Part shown: in pieces, positions 63,301 through 64,000 of the stretch
Position numbering within the stretch: the stretch's first letter is position 1
Layout of the letters: every line of letters begins with the position of its first letter
DNA from: Giardia intestinalis
Taxonomy: Eukaryota
Direction: 5' to 3' (one strand)
Assembly: GCA_000002435.2 (NCBI GenBank)
Contig: CM018791.1
Length of the DNA stretch: 64,000 bases
The notes under the pieces: generated by a model
Database searches by the model: none
The model's input: the letters and a program-made list of their open reading frames with translations, nothing else
Told to the model about the DNA's origin: nothing
Made by a program: the position numbers and the translations under genes

Positions 63301-64000
63301 TGCTTTGGTTTGGCTTTGCTGTTTGTACTAATAAGAATGGCGTCCAGATTCGTGAAAAAGAAACGAAACTTGCGGCCCAGGTCTTGCGCTGTAGCAAATC
63401 CGTGCATTAGAAATAGTCCTGCGGCGATATAGTCTATATCTGGCTTTATGATCATGAGGGGCCTAAACAGGGCCATTGTGTTCCCCGGTAGCTCTATACG
63501 ATTGGTAAAGATATACGAGCTTTGATTCATTGTAATAAACACTGATGCTGACGAACGGAGACGGATGGCGGTCGAAGCTACAGCTTCGCCGGGCGAACCT
63601 TGGTTCCTATCTTCTTCAGCCTCGTGGCCTGCCAGAGCGTCACTACCATCTGTCAAGTTAACGTATATTTCCTTCCTTCTTATGGCCTGCTGAATACAAA
63701 CGATAAGCTTCGAAATCACCGAGAGAGTTTCAAGAGTCAGTCGGTTGAACTCGTCTAAGCAGAGAATAGAGCCGGTGGCCGCCATGCCCATAAAGATCCT
63801 AACAACTGTGCTGTAATCCAACGCTTCTGTGCAGTTCAGGACTATACAGAACCGGCCCAGCGAGCGTGCAAAGTCCTTAGAGATCTCTGTCTTCCCGGTT
63901 CCTGCATTTCCGATGAGACTATTGCCCTTTAGGAGGTGCTGCATTGTATCAAGAAATATTTGGCGATATGAGTCAATGGTCGGGGAAATAATGAGTCGAG
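51360..64000 (-). CDS. Dynein heavy chain (N-terminus beyond window edge), at least 4213 aa in window
   Basis: AAA1 P-loop GNAGTGKTE with the upstream frame open to the window edge (...RLIISPTIDSYRQIFLDT). Walker B CLDEFNR, FITMNQ...ELPGNTMALFRPLMIIKPD. Stalk/MTBD motif FTNPHPLVVLVMNALCAL between long coiled coils. Several long S/T/P-rich insertions. Confidence 0.85.
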   Translation of the reverse strand, partial: RLIISPTIDSYRQIFLDTMQHLLKGNSLIGNAGTGKTEISKDFARSLGRFCIVLNCTEALDYSTVVRIFMGMAATGSILCLDEFNRLTLETLSVISKLIVCIQQAIRRKEIYVNLTDGSDALAGHEAEEDRNQGSPGEAVASTAIRLRSSASVFITMNQSSYIFTNRIELPGNTMALFRPLMIIKPDIDYIAAGLFLMHGFATAQDLGRKFRFFFTNLDAILISTNSKAKPKHRPASLDILNTQEQTPTETSRQLQSDLGMPHRPSENIQLYDTKVIDLSLRTIKSVILASSHTFKRWLYIFRENAYIKSLLIGDKANSKQYKEHMIFMGYIETICVIDNLIRLLTPCLVELDKHNFIEIVADVFGRDIVMCYMESDRYDHQATCTTRVEDLSDAVMNSSFMLINNMEAVAKSSFVITDLNKRPVSQQSYAISVQQPGQAAPSDDLDVDKFMIIRKSELSFFHMLLTDQELWPTVSEAALNYKRPMSEQLLDRNRQRLSGAEVVPNSFDCPQELNGTVIGSAAPTHADQFQGNAVHYRVASSIMASKLNIGRKQITALAQAQTLVAENIQKRAEAVLAAYRSSCRATGRIAFRYQGEKYFELENLLWIRTGIILLGSRNTFKTVLWRLMLDETNECTVINPRALTTEGLLGGYQNEAFQDGIFSSVLRNYCIASYNLLMEKKKEREEKELKRQIKEAKRRGKTFLRHRDVSVSEDFTEDEQSQIEADSKGFSRSTERLKFIVLDGPIDSAYAECMNSLLDDNKMLCLANGERIRISNHIRIIFETTDISHTSPSTLSRCGILSLEDSIQNYALLYQAILVSSLRELFELDYLDFARTYSYNSEKIKSYCRMNMDLQSVELLFDKKDVVLGLSTTKVAHYSNAAMTNRCDASATSALGHSDLSALGISGRTSKRMTRKERLEAYKARYPNRAPLADVANTEYYARNPLHFENNFYVNVLDVYSTLFDCLFGLVATREQSSTDHSPQSMHKFDPQGSLNLGATTSSADEHGIVLNLTFLCSNMSTIVQQAIRILRAHLCASSSHIYELVAADPTRGMLVRLLQGYAIFSVVWSCLGLFGKDLYVQKIDKQLQEVILERKYWAAAFHVNGMSSKTELDTTLDQCFFDPYRLIPVSFAACSKFDHLKSYNSVYGALAMSQNCDLEHGIFNVEFDTLTSRVFVETADVRRTLYICLTDLLYYDKTITLSKLLSNVHAQREEQNSKAQKNSESFGGLTMPSAREPLGKKNSSKHGSTASSMTMNTINPASIAALAAMTGPGGSRDVGFAASSSNLPGTIQPVTNISARDQLQILPASNIYLQISGFGAEAVVVMLTALLQQTASALPIPLRFSGANKTLQQFVEYFENCFKREDKILSPSNTIGGTNLFILRNMNMARPITNNLGAFTCFPINEFISFLMQNNGVYIGSSPPSFHCVRNYQIINVGPPLLSSKCIAHSLTVSCSAFTNVSAVISAVFTAWSNASHIRSYINPVVFSILPLFTNVICLLLDHSEHSSSVDLQFSYTKLFAFLRRFSFTTPATFKNILSTADALLDPINTSVVRRGLLQILLSCLRAELYQGRSDQTIRTLDAFLVDHVIRHLSGTVTELKPSAAIRVPVKLRPDVILNQDTAYLSDIAELRQSGLQLSKMQLLMQQSSSAIGDQKVPLIEILLHTGNLASYDLNNYQYRQVLSIGTDLNSEQNMVSEPLQLDELSSKEGAANNGPCHRGSTLHPILQTFSSEPVHTSPSFLVTCTFPHSFDSMILPSVPLPEPCPHVANNDTFSPLVGGLQQELKRRMLKLAYHLAKPDSHLLVVHLAGIFVEQAVMVAIEALQMKPRMVLDIQELYQLIYGNCCVINEDPTCLILSPIVVQPALPFIEQLLDDPHFLAINNYHLVILAEPSLYQSMRTTYPGVIKRCTVEVPGTWPMVEICISAVKLLPLDVAKVFCMSADGLIPIHKLNESNIDQTMLHRFAQVFSSIAEVYRIKLGSEHLIKTPIVFARFLRTYYKMFSDRKLKLVEQEARLEKGLELFAQSSAQASELEMQLEKLQPQLEQQKQKVASILAELSAKKLLAQEQHAVVSSEKMALTIEDKSITVEMTQAKKELNRVLPMLQKADEALQNLNRQDIAELSTFTNPHPLVVLVMNALCALMDQPTNWASARQLLSSGNLISSLLAYDKKTINPKILAKFRAITATPDFNPAKISSISTAATTICSWCLAVVEYATAWDNVKPKIARLEKARQEYIVNKQNMEIKEAELEELQALLQELTVEADRNKAIEQELESQIRTAEGRYKLVKSIKTLLEVEHETWEESLTEIRTEHSSLATTVTESVKFMFVTLLGAASSFRAEVRTDSKMCLSPSENARSSTSLDECVDMGLVRLHNDEELCMWRQHCLPSDNATTESMGCLMNSVDTPYIFDPESVAETFLSNLPNIVCVKYSPEEQATVLKKLVDAGIRGKVCLVTNMGSEIPSFIMEVLKQISWDARLLFCDATSDHEENELTTQQTQSKRDLEVARKNLFLQMNDIPLPQDSENPEKEDALPNTPVIPRTPSYTLGMLKQVVSSTPERRKVKIIRTPRTTSGTAATTPRTQLSATSTPRFNPYNDDLAVTLTHDALDPGVQAVMEHSLVVKIHGYDYLFSKSFNIILLSNDFSIISQLSPEIIANFQIVSFAKSRAAMEDHLISVMIKSINPKIERSYLNAVVEASIAKSSLKILELQVLNTLMNSSLEQALSDELLGSLHGASMQKASIKRRLTFITKMHRKILQMRDTHRNAAVICTSIFLGLRQLLKLSLQTYSHVVARIIICNNDMSQNFASNAAYAHLLNLSTAIQVNSPYMSNQNTPNLQMSSLISSFTGAQSPLNLSVNISTSRSKVALPETYGATGDRRMGTSTLAITRVAESADDDATGSSEKEAQEEDNCSFEDLIASRVNFEKTQELMEEKEMADLTVELEQLNHNRISHDNNEYIETIIALFILAFDESSAMAFLYHIFTYLDTERVSDPLLWIMTKCLIISGHDYARIVGHPSILSQQEKGAEGAKVNIDNSLDITIIQESFFNVEKLYVRNSSQLESMPLSSDMRKAFAGPGENSMKISATEILQRRNHAANLISGLFCIGRDHTHTEGDLEGLLPNLSSEAAKGSVGLKYCLNTNNEATQANEVDRLDIFANAPYVPYHPGLQQNIIFSVIYHWNVWQRCMSVTSSDKVIASFTDLMKTFMLSDIFTDNDTVVRFEDHLLLLFIKHFRPAFLRIAVNNYIVRSIKRYNIRLSAVQRLNFGSVLNISDSQLPILFNHSSSVDAVRFISQFLPQESYQLMQASTAAREAIVKAKKSVMLKSHVENYADDNPIIELKVLPLSKGTEKMALSALSQHIGSPVWLVLQNAHLVPDFVNNDLRRHYAALTANSYRMDVGDGSIFEASAIDQSTTSMNMSAIDVNQDPIGATAPLRGGPMPPGVTATPLLRTMAATLLQTGIPDFKPVSRHFKLIVTAEGDASSLSSFAQACISFKRSSDVSFSSVYKRTMELSQKYLAEFKDVHNFDIEQYKEEHMQTTIGLTDISTLFIKNSYAIAAIISRCSFGTHGWTSVYSSFDESDLESVLITFFRILAHELVFNDNCLVLYNRLVENIIDKYGAKMGTQHDRTVLKYLTEFVFGYSSRHVRAEVGTMLLQDPAQLYNRGEFDTAAMKKMISNAILSVDINTVRDNPRHLGLADPERIYLYQREGQQILEFLDSTLGSGVMYSVAKSISYNVRLIHYDRRKLALSLPTEINTKIDANEKSCPLMFFMYQEIMFYNRMVKDLVDYIRYARYDVIPDYILQFMIQRHVDNLFKLINHLVRARSYYNDAMIDRNYMNIDISLTFRPSALFTAFRAQACYITGGTVDQYTLAYDIVPYANLRQRDNVQISGLKLKSAYVDLSIGKVSSQSVTSIYNPLPAMRVLAQRIYKKKSVIISLGNFSSTIYASEQARRNMNDSFMKTEQSMTLSGTDDSAPMVGLPGDSNSAVGAPNERANKARPMSGRPCIATPNTKSVQNSKPITPAVPTPPPEIQETHADSNVMANTPKIQQSTQPKARLNRLGIKLTLDLGTRSNSRRSVNASSNEESRDTTPRDDLRKQPGVTSVSSVTESSSETDFVEARPLNVVELNVLKKYDGLRAKNIFDRRLVYFSNKNYSGYYEASPQVIECPIFVDIYSKEMGSISSVFLPCSEEIEKITAGDIFIVIHED

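Overview
This window reads as Giardia intestinalis (G. lamblia) nuclear DNA. The genes are compact and intron-less, many only 2-20 bp apart. There is a VSP with the diagnostic C-terminal ...CRGKA tail, NEK-like kinase/ankyrin-repeat proteins, and AGTAAAC-type poly(A) signals. The flanks carry housekeeping and cytoskeletal genes: GSK-3 kinase, a Tgs-family cap guanine-N2 methyltransferase, an HMG-box protein, pyruvate kinase, alanine aminotransferase, an ESF2/ABT1-like protein, two very large ankyrin proteins, several NEK-like (mostly degenerate) kinases, a DRC2/CCDC65-like coiled-coil protein and a large N-terminally truncated dynein heavy chain. One tRNA-Ser(GCU) is embedded between two minus-strand genes. 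The dominant structure is a ~14 kb imperfect palindrome (about 31936-45998). It contains two convergent, otherwise identical VSP genes: one with about 28 perfectly identical 225-bp (75-aa) tandem repeats (34146-40607) and one with a single repeat unit (43402-43788). Each has an identical 2.2 kb non-coding, stop-dense upstream arm. The arms meet at a GC-rich, T-depleted ~1.8 kb spacer in which arm identity decays gradually. A complete 468-aa NEK-like ORF at 231-1637 (minus strand) is absent from the supplied ORF track and was recovered by hand translation. All functional calls rest on motif recognition by eye; no database searches were possible.
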